64,000 bases of DNA from Balanoglossus misakiensis. Taxonomy: Eukaryota > Animalia > Hemichordata. Below, piece by piece: positions 1-14,160 of the stretch. A program made the position numbers and the translations under genes. Each line of letters begins with the position of its first letter. Position 1 is the first letter of the stretch. A model generated the notes under the pieces. It was not told the origin of the DNA. It saw nothing but the letters and a program-made list of their open reading frames with translations, and did not search any database. The stretch spans positions 9,970,564-10,034,563 of the forward strand of contig CM082585.2 in NCBI GenBank assembly GCA_040954595.2, read 5' to 3'.

Positions 1-1003
1 ACAGGCAAAATACACAAGGAGTACAGGCAAAATACACAAGGAGTACAGGCAAAATACACAAGGAGTACAGGCACAATACACAAGGAGTACAGGCAAAATA
101 CACAAGGAGTACAGGCAAAATACACAAGGAGTACAGGCAAAATACACAAGGAGTACGGGCACAATACACAAGGAGTACGGGCACAATACACTAGGAGTAC
201 GGGCACAATACACAAGGAGTACGGGCACAATACACAAGGAGTACGGGCACAATACACAAGGAGTACGGGCAAAATACACAAGGAGTACGGGCAAAATACA
301 CAAGGAGTACAGGCACAATACACAAGGAGTACGGGCAAAATACACAAGGAGTACAGGCAAAATACACAAGGAGTACAGGCAAAATACACAAGGAGTACAG
401 GCACAATACACAAGGAGTACAGGCACAATACACAAGGAGTACAGGCACAATACACAAGGAGTACAGGCACAATACACAAGGAGTACAGGCACAATACACA
501 AGGAGTACAGGCACAATACACAAGGAGTACAGGCACAATACACAAGGAGTACAGGCACAATACACAAGGAGTACAGGCACAATACACAAGGAGTACAGGC
601 ACAATACACAAGGAGTACAGGCACAATACACAAGGAGTACAGGCACAATACACAAGGAGTACAGGCACAATACACAAGGAGTACAGGCAAAATACACAAG
701 GAGTACAGGCACAATACACAAGGAGTACAGGCAAAATACACAAGGAGTACAGGCAAAATACACAAGGAGTACAGGCACAATACACAAGGAGTACAGGCAC
801 AATACACAAGGAGTACAGGCACAATACACAAGGAGTACAGGCACAATACACAAGGAGTACAGGCACAATACACAAGGAGTACAGGCACAATACACAAGGA
901 GTACAGGCACAATACACAAGGAGTACAGGCACAATACACAAGGAGTACAGGCACAATACACAAGGAATGCAGGCACAATACACAAGGAGTACAAGCAAAA
1001 TAC
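1..1003. repeat. 22-bp minisatellite (ACAGGCACAATACACAAGGAGT)n, about 45 copies, in a KDM6A intron; runs off the window start
   Basis: Unit is directly visible, with A/C (GGCAAAAT/GGCACAAT) and A/G (ACAGG/ACGGG) variants. The minus-strand ORF 191..994 repeats every 22 aa (3 x 22 nt). Confidence 0.97.
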
Positions 1004-1040
1004 ATGTAGTATTATACAACCGTATTGATTTGTTTTTCAG

Positions 1041-3164
<2,124 letters not shown>

Positions 3165-6100
3165 CAGTAAACTCCTCCACCTTCAAAGATGTATAAGAAG
3201 TCCAGAAGTATCTGTAATAATTTTCTTCCTTCTACACCCGAGCTTTGCGGTGAAGAAACAAAACCTGAGATTTTTGTCAGTTTTCAGTAACATTTGACTT
3301 AGAAGCAGACTTCACTACTCTCTATAACCATATGCAGACGTAGTTTCAATACCAGATTTTTTTCTGAGAGATCATTCATCGTAGACTGGTTCCGTGCACT
3401 GTGGTTGAGGGCACACCACTTTTGTCCGTACTGTTGAGGGCGCTGTTTAAACACTACAGCCATCTTTGTCATGCCGTTAAAGTTATATTGCCTGTGGAAG
3501 ACAGCAGTTTAAGCTTTTCCAAATGGCACAAGCCATGAAAGACAAGCTACCATGGGTACACCTTTTCCACCAGAGGATGGATCTGATTTAAAAGCCGTAT
3601 ACATTCCTTCTCCACTCTCTACCGAAGTGCCATGTTAACAACATCCATCGAAAACTATTCCCAATATTAAAGTTCTCTCACACAATTCTCCTACTATTTA
3701 TCGGCATCTGCCAGCAACTACAATTTTGCAGAGTCTGTGTCCACCCACACAGTCCCCTCCTGCACAGACATCACTATCTCGGAGCCAGCAAGGGCTCTCT
3801 GTGTAACACCGTCAGAGCGCATGTGGTCACAGTACAGGGAACCCAGTGTGTTTCATTACCATTTATACTACAGTACCATGTAAAGAAGTTCATGTTAGGT
3901 TTCCCGACTCCAGTGTTAAGCACTGTTAATATAGAGAGAGACACTCCCACACTTTTCTAGAAGTTAAAAGCTCATTCTTTTTTTAATTTTCAGTGTGCCT
4001 AAAAGCCACAGCACTTTTTTTTAGACTGTCACATGAGATACAACTCAGGATGTCATAGGGACCATAGAAAAATAATCAAGCGCCTTAGAGTTTTTTTCCT
4101 TTCAAGGTTTCCAGAAATTGGGTTCAATGCCCTCTGTAGGGTTATATGAGCTGTAGCTTGTAAGAAAACCAAGTTCAGGAAGCTGGTACAGAAATGGGTT
4201 GAAATATGAGAACCCAGTACTACTGATTTTTTTTTTTATATTCTGTTTTGGTGCTTTAGTAGTTATTACTGAATTTGAACGTAGCAGGTTTTTGTTTGTT
4301 GCTTCACTCGTCTGGTTTGGAAGCAATCTTGAATCTCACCCAGCTTTCACTGTTGGGTGCACAACTTCCACTGGTCTGGGGAAAAGCCCACAGGAACAGC
4401 GTCATGAAAATGATGGATGTTGACAAAAACATTGACAGCCACTGATTGGTTGCTGCTCTGTGTGACCTGAAGTCACATCAGGTCATGTTTATGGTCATCA
4501 GTAACATGCGTCACTTGTACATCAGAAATTGTGTACATGAGATAATAATGTCTGACAAGAAGATTGAAGGTAATCTTTCAGATGAGAAGAGTCTGTGGCC
4601 TTCAAGGCCATGGACTCTCCAACCAACCAATCAGTGGCTCTCATTTCTGTCATGGCTATTTCACTTTTATAGCTGCATTCACAAAATTTCCCTTGGACAC
4701 ATTCAGAATAGAGAGCTTTTCAGCCAATGGTGAAAGCTTGATGTCAAGATTTTCAGAACCAGTAAAAGCTGAGAGAAATGCACTTCCGGCTACATTTGTT
4801 TGGGGTTTAACTCCTCCAATCATGTTTGGGGTTTAATTCCTCCAATCATGTGATGTAAATATAGAAGTAAAAGGTCTCGTGACGTAAGGAATTTAAGTGA
4901 ACCGAAATGTGTTCAAAATTTTATCTCTGGACGTTTGACTGGTGTCTCTTTGACATTGAACATGGATAGTGTTTGTTGACAGCGGAGAACAAGTTTCAAT
5001 ATTCCTTGAAGGGTTTTTCGGATGTAATTTCTAATTGTGAATTGTTAGAACAATTGTGATTGCACAGACCATGTTTCTTGTTCAAGTTGAATGATGGAGA
5101 AAACTTTGAAAGGGCATGTAGAAAAGTTTAATTTCACAAGGTTTTTGTGGGCAAAATTGCTGCTGTATTAAAGCTTCACTAGAAGGTGGGGAGAAGGAAA
5201 AAAACATGCATTTTGTTGTGAAGATTACTTTGAGCTGAGTTGCTTTCAGCAGGCAGGGCAAATTTTCTTTACTTGTTTTCCTTTTAGTGTCTCTGACTTT
5301 AATAATGATCATGGTAATAATGTGTTGGAGTTGAGATACTTACAAACCTATAAACTTTGTGCCTTTTAATCTCCAAAACTAATCCTTCATATCAACTTTT
5401 CCAGTAAGTTGCTAAGGAAGGACAAATTATACCGGAATTCGGAAAAACCTGGGTTTTGAAGTGACTATCTGAAAGATGAGCTTTTTGTCGTTGTTTTTGT
5501 GTCTCAAACTTTAAAAGGTCGTCTCCATGACAACATCTGCCAAGTTGTCCGCTAAACTGAAATGGGAAAATGTTTGAAAGCTATGACTCTTTCTGATGTA
5601 GGTTTGTGATTTCACAGGTTTAAATTTTTTTTTTAAATCACTTCTTTACAAAAAAAACTTTTAACTCCGCTGTTTCTCTGAGTAGCATGGTGGTGTTAGG
5701 AAACAGTTATGTCAATGTGAGAGGTTATATCCACTCACCCGTACACCAGATGTTTAAGAAAAACTATAAAAAAACTACATGTTCAAGTCCAGAGTCAAAT
5801 AAGAGTGAATTTTCAGTAAGATAAAAAAAGAAAAAAAAAATTCTTTGTACATTTTTACATTTAAAAAAAAAACATAAAAAAATAGATGAATTTTATAGTA
5901 CTTGACAGTGATCAGGAAAATAAGGCTGCTTTTTTATTTAATACGAATTTTGAGTTGATATCTTTGTGAATAAAAAGTTAAATGTCAACTGGTGAATTGA
6001 AATGTTTTCACTAATGATTGAATTTTTGTGGAATTTTCTTTCACAAGCCGCCATCTGGATGTTAATTTTTTGGCAGATAAATAGTTGAATACTAGTTTCA

Positions 6101-9092
6101 TTTCTTGTATTTTTTTTCTCTATTTTGTTTTTCTAGATCTTTTTGTGTTGGTGTCCTTTACTTTTGTAAATAAAAAGAGTGAATTTTCCAATACACTGAC
6201 TTAGTATTTGGACCATTTTGAGTAAGTTTCAAAGGGGTGTCTATTTTCCGTTTGTTTTTTCTTGTCAATGATGAATTTTCATGTCGCTTGTCAAGATGTA
6301 TTCTTTTGTCAGATTATTCCACAGCAAGTTAATGTCTCCTATACTTGAACAACTGGAGTGTACATTGTATCTTATTTATAAATAAATATTTATTGCCATG
6401 ACAACTGTTTCCTGGAGTCGAAGTTTAACGGGGCAAAATCGCTAGTACTTTACATTTTGCGCATTTTCTCTGCTTGGCACTTATTGTTCAGCATAGTAAA
6501 ATACTGTAAAGTTATCGCGAACTTCGCGAGAGTAAAAAAAAAATTAACAGTCTCTGGGGGCGCTCTCCCGACCAATCCCGTGGAGTATAAACTGTTTCAA
6601 AGAAGAACTTGGAAATTAATGGAAGGTCATACTAACTTCCAGACAGACGAACCACGCCAAACGACCTCTATTAAATGCAACAATGCACTGTAAACTGAAC
6701 GTTCCCTAGAGGTGCAAGATTTAATTCTATACCAGCTAACAATGAGAGGTATTTTGCGAGACGTTATAGCACCGCTGGAAATAAAGAGAAATGCCGCAAT
6801 TTGAGACATGATATCGCATTGTGACGGTACTGAGTTGCGACGGTATTTTTCTGCCTTTCACCTCCATAATAGAGTTCCCGGCTCTCCGATCCCTCAACTC
6901 ACTGGTAAACTTGTGTGGTTAGACTCGCCGCTGTCATGTACACTGTCGTTGTCTTGAAGATCGACTAAAAAGTTTGTAGATCATCGACGTCTGAATCCGG
7001 TAGCACAGAATATAGGAAGAGTCTCTAAAAAGCGGTGTGTATATTTTGATGTCTTTATATGAAACCCACAAAAGTTTAGAACGTTCCGCAACTCGTGCCG
7101 GGTGGTTACGTGTCTGATGGTAACTTGGCACCTGAAGAATGCCGCGCACCAACTTGACATAGAGATATTGGCATTTTCAAACAGTCGATCTAGGATTTAT
7201 GAGCAAGTTGGTACATTTATACATTATTATTCTGGAAACAGTGTTTACGACTAGTTTGGCGGTAGTCCTGAACGGACTCTGTTGCTATAAGCTGTTAGTC
7301 AGTTCTGGTTTCTACAAAATCACGACATCCTTCTAGCCTTGGCAGAATACAGTAAGTTGTCAACTCTTTTCGTTCAAACCAAACTTTCGCATTTGAAAAC
7401 AATTACTTCGCCTCTTGTAGTTCGCGATTTACGTATATAATTGATTCGGGGCTCCCTGGGTCCGGTCCTAAAATGACCTTTCGAAGCGAGCTAAGACTCG
7501 TCGCCACAACGATCGAGTATGCGCCTAACATCAGGTCAACGGGTGTATCGATCGAAGTCTAGTTCCCCGGTAAATTCAATGGTCGCGATTTGAAGAAACG
7601 AAAATTTCTTTTAAGAGGTTACACAGCAAAGAATCTTCTAAATAACAGAAATATGTCGTTCGCACAACACTTCGCATTTATCATCTACTAGGTCACGTGC
7701 CCAACTACTCCCTGAAACTAGAAGCTCCTGGGTTACCACTTACCACAGAACAAAATACGCCCTGGGAGGCGACCATGTAAACTATTTCAGTAAATTGTAC
7801 ATAGGCCTACATGTATATTCTGACCCATTGATATTCCGTCTTGATGAAAACTTGCAATGCTCAATATTTGCTCAGTGTTTCTCACAAGTATGTGCGCGCA
7901 TAACTTCTGAGGGAATATCTTTTGTCAAGAACTCCCTTGCTCTCGAAGTCAGTCCATTAATTCGTAACGTGTCATCGATTACCCCTTGTTCGTAATCAAT
8001 TCACTTAAAATCTCTAGATTGTTCGGGCAAATAAGGCTTATGTCGACTACACGCACGAGCTCTCCACCGGGAAAAAGAGAATAAATTTGTGTGTAAGCAG
8101 AACCCTGTTTTGAGAGTTTTAATTTTGGGTGAGTTGTTCAAATTCCTCTGGTGATTCTGTTATACGATCCCGACGCGATGGGTCGTTGAATAAGTTTTGT
8201 AATTATACTAGAAATACGTGAATAGGCTTAAATTTAACGTTTGCACAAACACTTCTCTATATTTACAATTTGTGTTTGATTTCTAAGCGGTTACACAACG
8301 TAACCGGTGTGTTTGTGCGATACAGTTTGGGGTAACCTATCAATAGGGTCCCTTTATCCTGCCGTTGGTTTAAAGCTATACTCGTTCAGTGTGCCGGACT
8401 CACTATACTATACGTGTCTCGGAAAAGTAAGACGTGTAATTCTCATTAAGGAAACGCGGGATTTTATCGATTTAATTCTTAATCCGTACAGAAAATCCGG
8501 GAATAGACTACCAGCCCATTCTAGCAGTATCGCCGAGACGAGTGAGTTGGATCAGACGAGTTCGTAAGCGCCGACTCAGTCACTAACTATTATTGACTTC
8601 ATTCGCTGTGTAAAGATGTGTTGAAGGCCGGGTTAGGCCCTATCCGTCTGGATGACATAGTCTAAGATTGTGAGGTACACATTCGACAGTGAATAATTTA
8701 TGTGAAAGACTGGTTAAAGTCTTCGTGAAACAATGGCATGATCGTGTGACAACCCGTTTTCATAATTTGTATTATCCCTTGGGTGGATTTTAGGGATGTA
8801 CAGATGGAAAATAATGATTTGCACCGCAGCCAACACCACGTGTTTACTGCTTTTCTACTTTTGTTACAGGTTTCAGAGGATTTTTATTTTCCAATTAGTT
8901 TGGACATTGCAGACGACCCTTACACGGGTCTAAGAAATGACGAGGACGCAATCTTGACTATCAATATATGATAACTCAACATTCTGTGAAAATATATAGA
9001 CCCATTTGAACCGTGGTGCGGAGTGACTGACCGTCCTCTGAGGTTATACGCCAGGTTTTGACTCCAATAATTTGGTGGTGGCCACGTCGAAT

Positions 9093-9509
9093 ATGGCCGC
9101 CGAACAGCACCGCAGAAGCCGACGTTTCTACGACAAGAAGCAGTTCACGATGTCGGAGCTGCCCACCTTGATTCGGCGCATCGGCTACTTCGCCTGCAGC
9201 AACTGCATGGAGACCTTCCGCAGCACCGACGTGTGGTGTGACGTCACGACCCTGGAGATCCGAATCGGCGTCTGGTGCCCGCACTGCAGACAGGAACAGT
9301 TCGAGGCCAAGACGGTGAGGGACATGAAATGCAGGATCTGCAACATGTCGTGCGTCAAGTGCTCGTGCACGGAGGAGGAGAAGATTCTGAACGGCTACAT
9401 GGAGCGGCAACACCTGAAATCGAAGTGCCCGAGGTGCTTCAACCAACGGTACCCTTGTCGAGACTGGGATCGCCATGGCAACTATCGACCAGAGTGGATG
9501 CTGAAATGA
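9093..9509 (+). CDS. Small ZAR1/ZAR1L-like zf-3CxxC zinc-binding protein (138 aa, intronless CDS)
   Basis: GC-rich ORF with 13 Cys. GYFACSNC..STDVWC..WCPHC..VRDMKCRIC..KCSC..QHLKSKCPRC..YPC aligns motif by motif with the ZAR1 C-terminus GYYHCKDC..SAYVWC..FCRTC..VEDITCQSC..RCSC..PHRQDLCGRC..LSC (recalled). There is an in-frame upstream TGA at 9039, a likely 5'UTR intron at about 8129-8869, and AATAAA at 9763 and 9978. Confidence 0.8.
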   Translation: MAAEQHRRSRRFYDKKQFTMSELPTLIRRIGYFACSNCMETFRSTDVWCDVTTLEIRIGVWCPHCRQEQFEAKTVRDMKCRICNMSCVKCSCTEEEKILNGYMERQHLKSKCPRCFNQRYPCRDWDRHGNYRPEWMLK

Positions 9510-12500
9510 GTAGGTCGTCGTCCACTGTTGAAAAATACACTATCATAATACCGCAGCGAACTTCATAATCTGACGGAGTCGTCCAAGTGTGTTTTGTTCA
9601 AATACAGAATTTTTGCCAGGTAGTAGTATTCGTTTAGAAAAATACTGCATAATTTACTGACATTTACAATTATGACAATCGCAAAGCTCATGGCGATGAA
9701 ATTGCCTGTGTGTGGTATCAAATATAGGTCATTGTTATCGAACGTCAAAGCTGTTTGACATAAATAAATTGAATGTAGCTGTGTCAATAGCAACATAAGT
9801 ATGGGCTCTTGAAATTGAATTCGAAAAGAGAGGGGGAGTTGGTGGTGGCGCTGTTTGTTGGGCGACAACAGGTGGCAGCTGCGCACGCATCTTTCCCAAC
9901 TTAACGGATCTCTTGTGTAAACCAGATAAGGAGAACTCCACTTTTCGTTTTTGTCTATGTTGAAACTCGGAGATATAAATAAAGTCACGCTCATCGGATT
10001 GAATTCTTTACCCTCGACAAATGAGATCTGCTCCAAAAACATGAGGCAGTCTGTTGTACACATACATACCAATAGACTTACATGTACGGCTGGTCGAGTA
10101 CATCCACTTTCTACCAGCGCGGCATCTTTCTGTCCTTATCACTCACGTCACTTGAAGTTTATGATAGGGATATGAAACAGCGTTACCTTTAAGCCACTTG
10201 AGATTAAACTGAAACAGATGGCGATGGATTTCGTTTAATTGCTGTGTCCGATGATTTTTGATAAAAGACCGTCCAGTCAACTCTTGAAGAGATTTTCCCG
10301 GGACAATATGGCGGGCAAACGATATTAAATTACTTTTCTTTGAGCTGTTTAATTCCCCCTTTATCGGGAACACACTACCACCAGACCGTGTTGAAAATGA
10401 AATGACGTTAGCAAATATGAGATTGGAGTGTGTTCTCGGAAAAAAAGTAAAGCAAGGACGTGTGTAAATTGTCTCTTTGAAGTATAAACATGGATGAAGT
10501 AGGATGGGATTGTTATCGTCAGCTGAATAGGCACGCAGTTGACTGATGGTACATCTGTAAAAAGGGGTTAAGAAAATTGACGTATATATAGTTTACACAT
10601 CGCACCATATTGAATTGTTGAATCAACATATATCGACGTTGAAGATAAAGGCCTTACGCGTAGTCCTGAAAACCGCGAAAATCGAGTTTTAGTCACACAT
10701 TTTATAATTTATGTTTTAATTTTTTGATATAAGCTTATGGATGTATTCATACAAATGTCGCCTTGTGTTTAATTGAACAATTTATAAGATGAAGGCGAGA
10801 GTACAATTCATAATCGACGTCGACGTTACCTTGGATAGGCGTTTATCACTAAGGCGACGTATAGAAATGCGTTTAGTATCTATGTTCATTTTTAACATAC
10901 GACGGTGGTATGGAATGCGTGGGCGGTAATGATGCAATTGACAGTTGGAATCTGCCGTGTCGGTCATCCGCGATTACCGCTGTAGGGACAGAAACATTTG
11001 AACTCAACGGAAATGTAATAACACAAAATTAGATGCAAGTTGTTTTGGTAGGATAATTGTCATCTGAATTTGCTTTTATTTTCTATTTGTGTGTTTCTCA
11101 GACACCCAGGTGATCCTTTCGTAAGAAAGAGATTCCCTTGGCTTGCAAACATTTTATTATTCTTAGACAAATAAATTAGCATCTGAATAATGTTAGTCAA
11201 ACAGAGACCTCAATACCAGCCTTAAAATTATCCACCTTATCTGAAATTATTATTTGAATTTACCAGTGTTTGAAAATTATCGCTGTGATAGTGGAAGAAA
11301 TTTTGTTGTGTGTACTGGATGCTCTGGCGTAGAAAAAAAGGTTTAAAGACATTTGTCCCTTACATGCAATAAAATCTGACAGATTCGCGGAACTTTGAGT
11401 TCGAGGGCAACTGGGCTATTCCACGCTTCGTGTACATGCACCCCATAGATAGATTCCCATACACTATTGGATACCACAGGGACAGACATCTGCATATAAC
11501 GAAGCAAAGATAGGTACAGCTGCAACGGTGAGGTTCACTCTAAGCCGCTTTGACTGGAAAATCAACATGCTGCCCGAGTTTCTCCCGTAAGTAGAACTTC
11601 TCAGATAATATTTGGAACACCGCGCCTTTCTGACATCAAAACTGAGACCTGCGCTGTCATTTTACCTGTTGAGCTGTCATTTTTCTGCACACATTCAACT
11701 CAGTCGCCTCCGGGAAACGTGCTGAAAATCTATTAACCCGTAAAATTCCTAGAAAAGTCATATCACACCATACTGTTGACTTTAGACAAATTTAAAAAAG
11801 CGTCGCTGAAACAACATAAAACGTGAATAGGATAAAAGTTTCCACTTCGTTGAAAATGTCACACCTTTGTGTTTAGAACGTGCGTGTTTGAAGACACTAG
11901 CAAGGGATGGTGACTCGCTCATTGACTCGCGCGAGATAAAAATGCAGTGAAACGTGCTTCTACCGTTGCGGGTAATTTATTTCAAACACATGAGCTTAGA
12001 ATTTTATAGGTTGACATTGCATGCTGGATAATCCTTGCACTTTTTATCGCACTCCCAACGCTAAAGTTTTCCTATGGTGAAAATATCTGAAGAGCTTTAT
12101 CAAAAATCAAGCTACATGAAGATTCAATGTTGGCACGGGTTGTTTACGCAATCTGCAGCATTTGCGCATGCATTATCGACAAGAAACGTGTAACAAAGAC
12201 AGCATTGCCCTATGAACTGGGTGACGTACTGAGATAGCAGTTTTAACCCAAATCCGTTTTCGAAGAATTTAAGCCACATCAGTTCACATTGTCCGCCCCA
12301 AACGCAATGTCAAGGTTTTCGTTTGGATTTTGCACTTGGCATATGATGATGACACCAATCCACATTGTCCCAAAGCGCATCATCTGCTCGTATTGTCCCA
12401 TGAATACAATGCCAGCGTTTCACGTCTCTGCCATCGGGACTTTTCCCATACGTCGGCTGATAGGTCATGCTGTCCTCGTTCGATGTCCTGAAAATTTACA

Positions 12501-14160
12501 CACGTTGACAAAATTTTATCTGTAGATAACATAAGACAGATCGGCCACAGAGTACAATAATGATACAGAAACAGTACTCAAAATTCATGCAATTCCATGA
12601 TTTCTAAAGACGGTGAACGGCCGGTTTTCTGTTTTCAAAAAGACTTCGATTCCCACATGCTTCAATATAGCAAAGAATTTAATGATTTTGAGGATTATCT
12701 TTATTCTAAAAATCCGTCCATGAAGAGAATAGACATTTGTTTGCAATTTTTGATTACTATAAGTACAGGGAGCTGTACTGAATTTCAGGAAGAAATTAAT
12801 ACCTGTGTTCAGGAAGGCACTGGGTTTTTAAATCTTTCGCTGTATTTTTGTCTCAAGTTATTTCCTGTGCTCAACACAGAGAGAAGGGTCCTTCTGGCAG
12901 AAAATATCCCTCATTTGTAAAACAACAATGGTTGTTTCACATAATAGTAAATGAGTTTGTCCTTTTCGCGACGGAAGAGGAAAAGTTTAACACATAATTT
13001 TCGTCGACTTTACTTCAAATTGGTATCTGTCACGGTCACCAAGGGAACTATTTTTCAAACTGTCATTATTTTGGCACAAAGACTGTAATTTGTCCACTCA
13101 ATGTGTACATTTCGTTTGACGTTTATTTCAGCGTCTCCATGGAAACCCCGCCGTATTTTAGCTGGAACGACAACAGCTGACACGTGGTATCCAACTGTAT
13201 ATAAAGCCTTCACGCTTTCGACAGTTCATTCACTTCTCCACCAATCCACTGCCGGTTAACAGGAGTGGACTCGGCGAAAAAGGTCTTTGGCACGATTTCG
13301 TTCCCAGATAATCTCCACAGCCGAGAAATAGAAATTGGTAAGTGTAAATATCCAAGCGACATTTCAACGCATATGGCATCGTTCCATCTCTTCTGAATTT
13401 CATTCCCGTCAGTATGTCTCCGTGCCAAGCTGTACCAAAGATCGATTTCTGAATAACCCATCCCAAATGTCAAAACTTTTATTTCGAGATCTAATCAATC
13501 GCGGAGGCATTTGACACGAAAAATCATTCACGGAGTAAAATTGCATATCGAAGATCATGTATTCATATTTCCATGCAAAATTAATTTTCATGTACCTTCC
13601 ATAAACGCGGGGAAATTGAGCTTTACACGCTATACCGTTTTACATTCGAATGTACGTGCTAGCGGCTGTTAGCTCGACGGTGCGGTCGACCGAGAATTAA
13701 CCACATTTTGTGTCTTCAAACAACGCGAACCGAAATCTTGCTTCTTTCCCGCTGGTTTCCAGAAACTACAATAGAAAGTTATGTCCACTTGGTCTAAAAT
13801 TTAGGGAAAAATAGAGAAAAACGGATGAAAAACGTCAAAATGTTGCACCACATTTTGACAGAGATAATGTGGTGTTCAAAGGGTTGGGGTAGTGTCCAGG
13901 CGAAGCCAAGATATACGATTTAGCAATCTGTAATCGATCCAGCTGCGGCAAACACCGATATCAATCGTTTAGGATATTTCAAATTTAGAATATGATATTT
14001 TATGGGAGTTATCACCAGATTCAATCATTAGGGCAAATAAAACAAGCCACAATAGATTAGACTAGTCTAAGATTAAAATAATTGCATTTTAGAAACATTA
14101 ATATAGTTCGGATCTTTTCATCCACAGCACCTGAGTTAGTGAAGGAAGAAGCTGGCGAAA

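Noticed and set aside
191-994. 267-aa Cys/Leu-rich repetitive ORF, and the possibility of a CRISPR array
   Set aside because: It is the translation of the 22-bp minisatellite. There are no unique spacers and the context is a eukaryotic intron.
8976-9476. 166-aa minus-strand ORF and 97-aa alternative-frame ORF over the ZAR1-like CDS
   Set aside because: Shadow frames of a GC-rich coding sequence with no recognisable motifs.
9563-10072. 169-aa minus-strand ORF
   Set aside because: Non-ATG start and composition typical of AT-rich non-coding DNA; it is antisense to the presumed 3' UTR.
11733-11975. Possible piggyBac-like element (TTAACCCG...CGGGTAAT)
   Set aside because: Only a few bases of terminal match and an imperfect TSD; not supportable.
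10100-14100. Short ORFs in the intergenic region, such as 12597-12920
   Set aside because: No recognisable domains or consistent splice chain. No tRNA, rRNA or snoRNA could be supported by eye here or elsewhere in the window.
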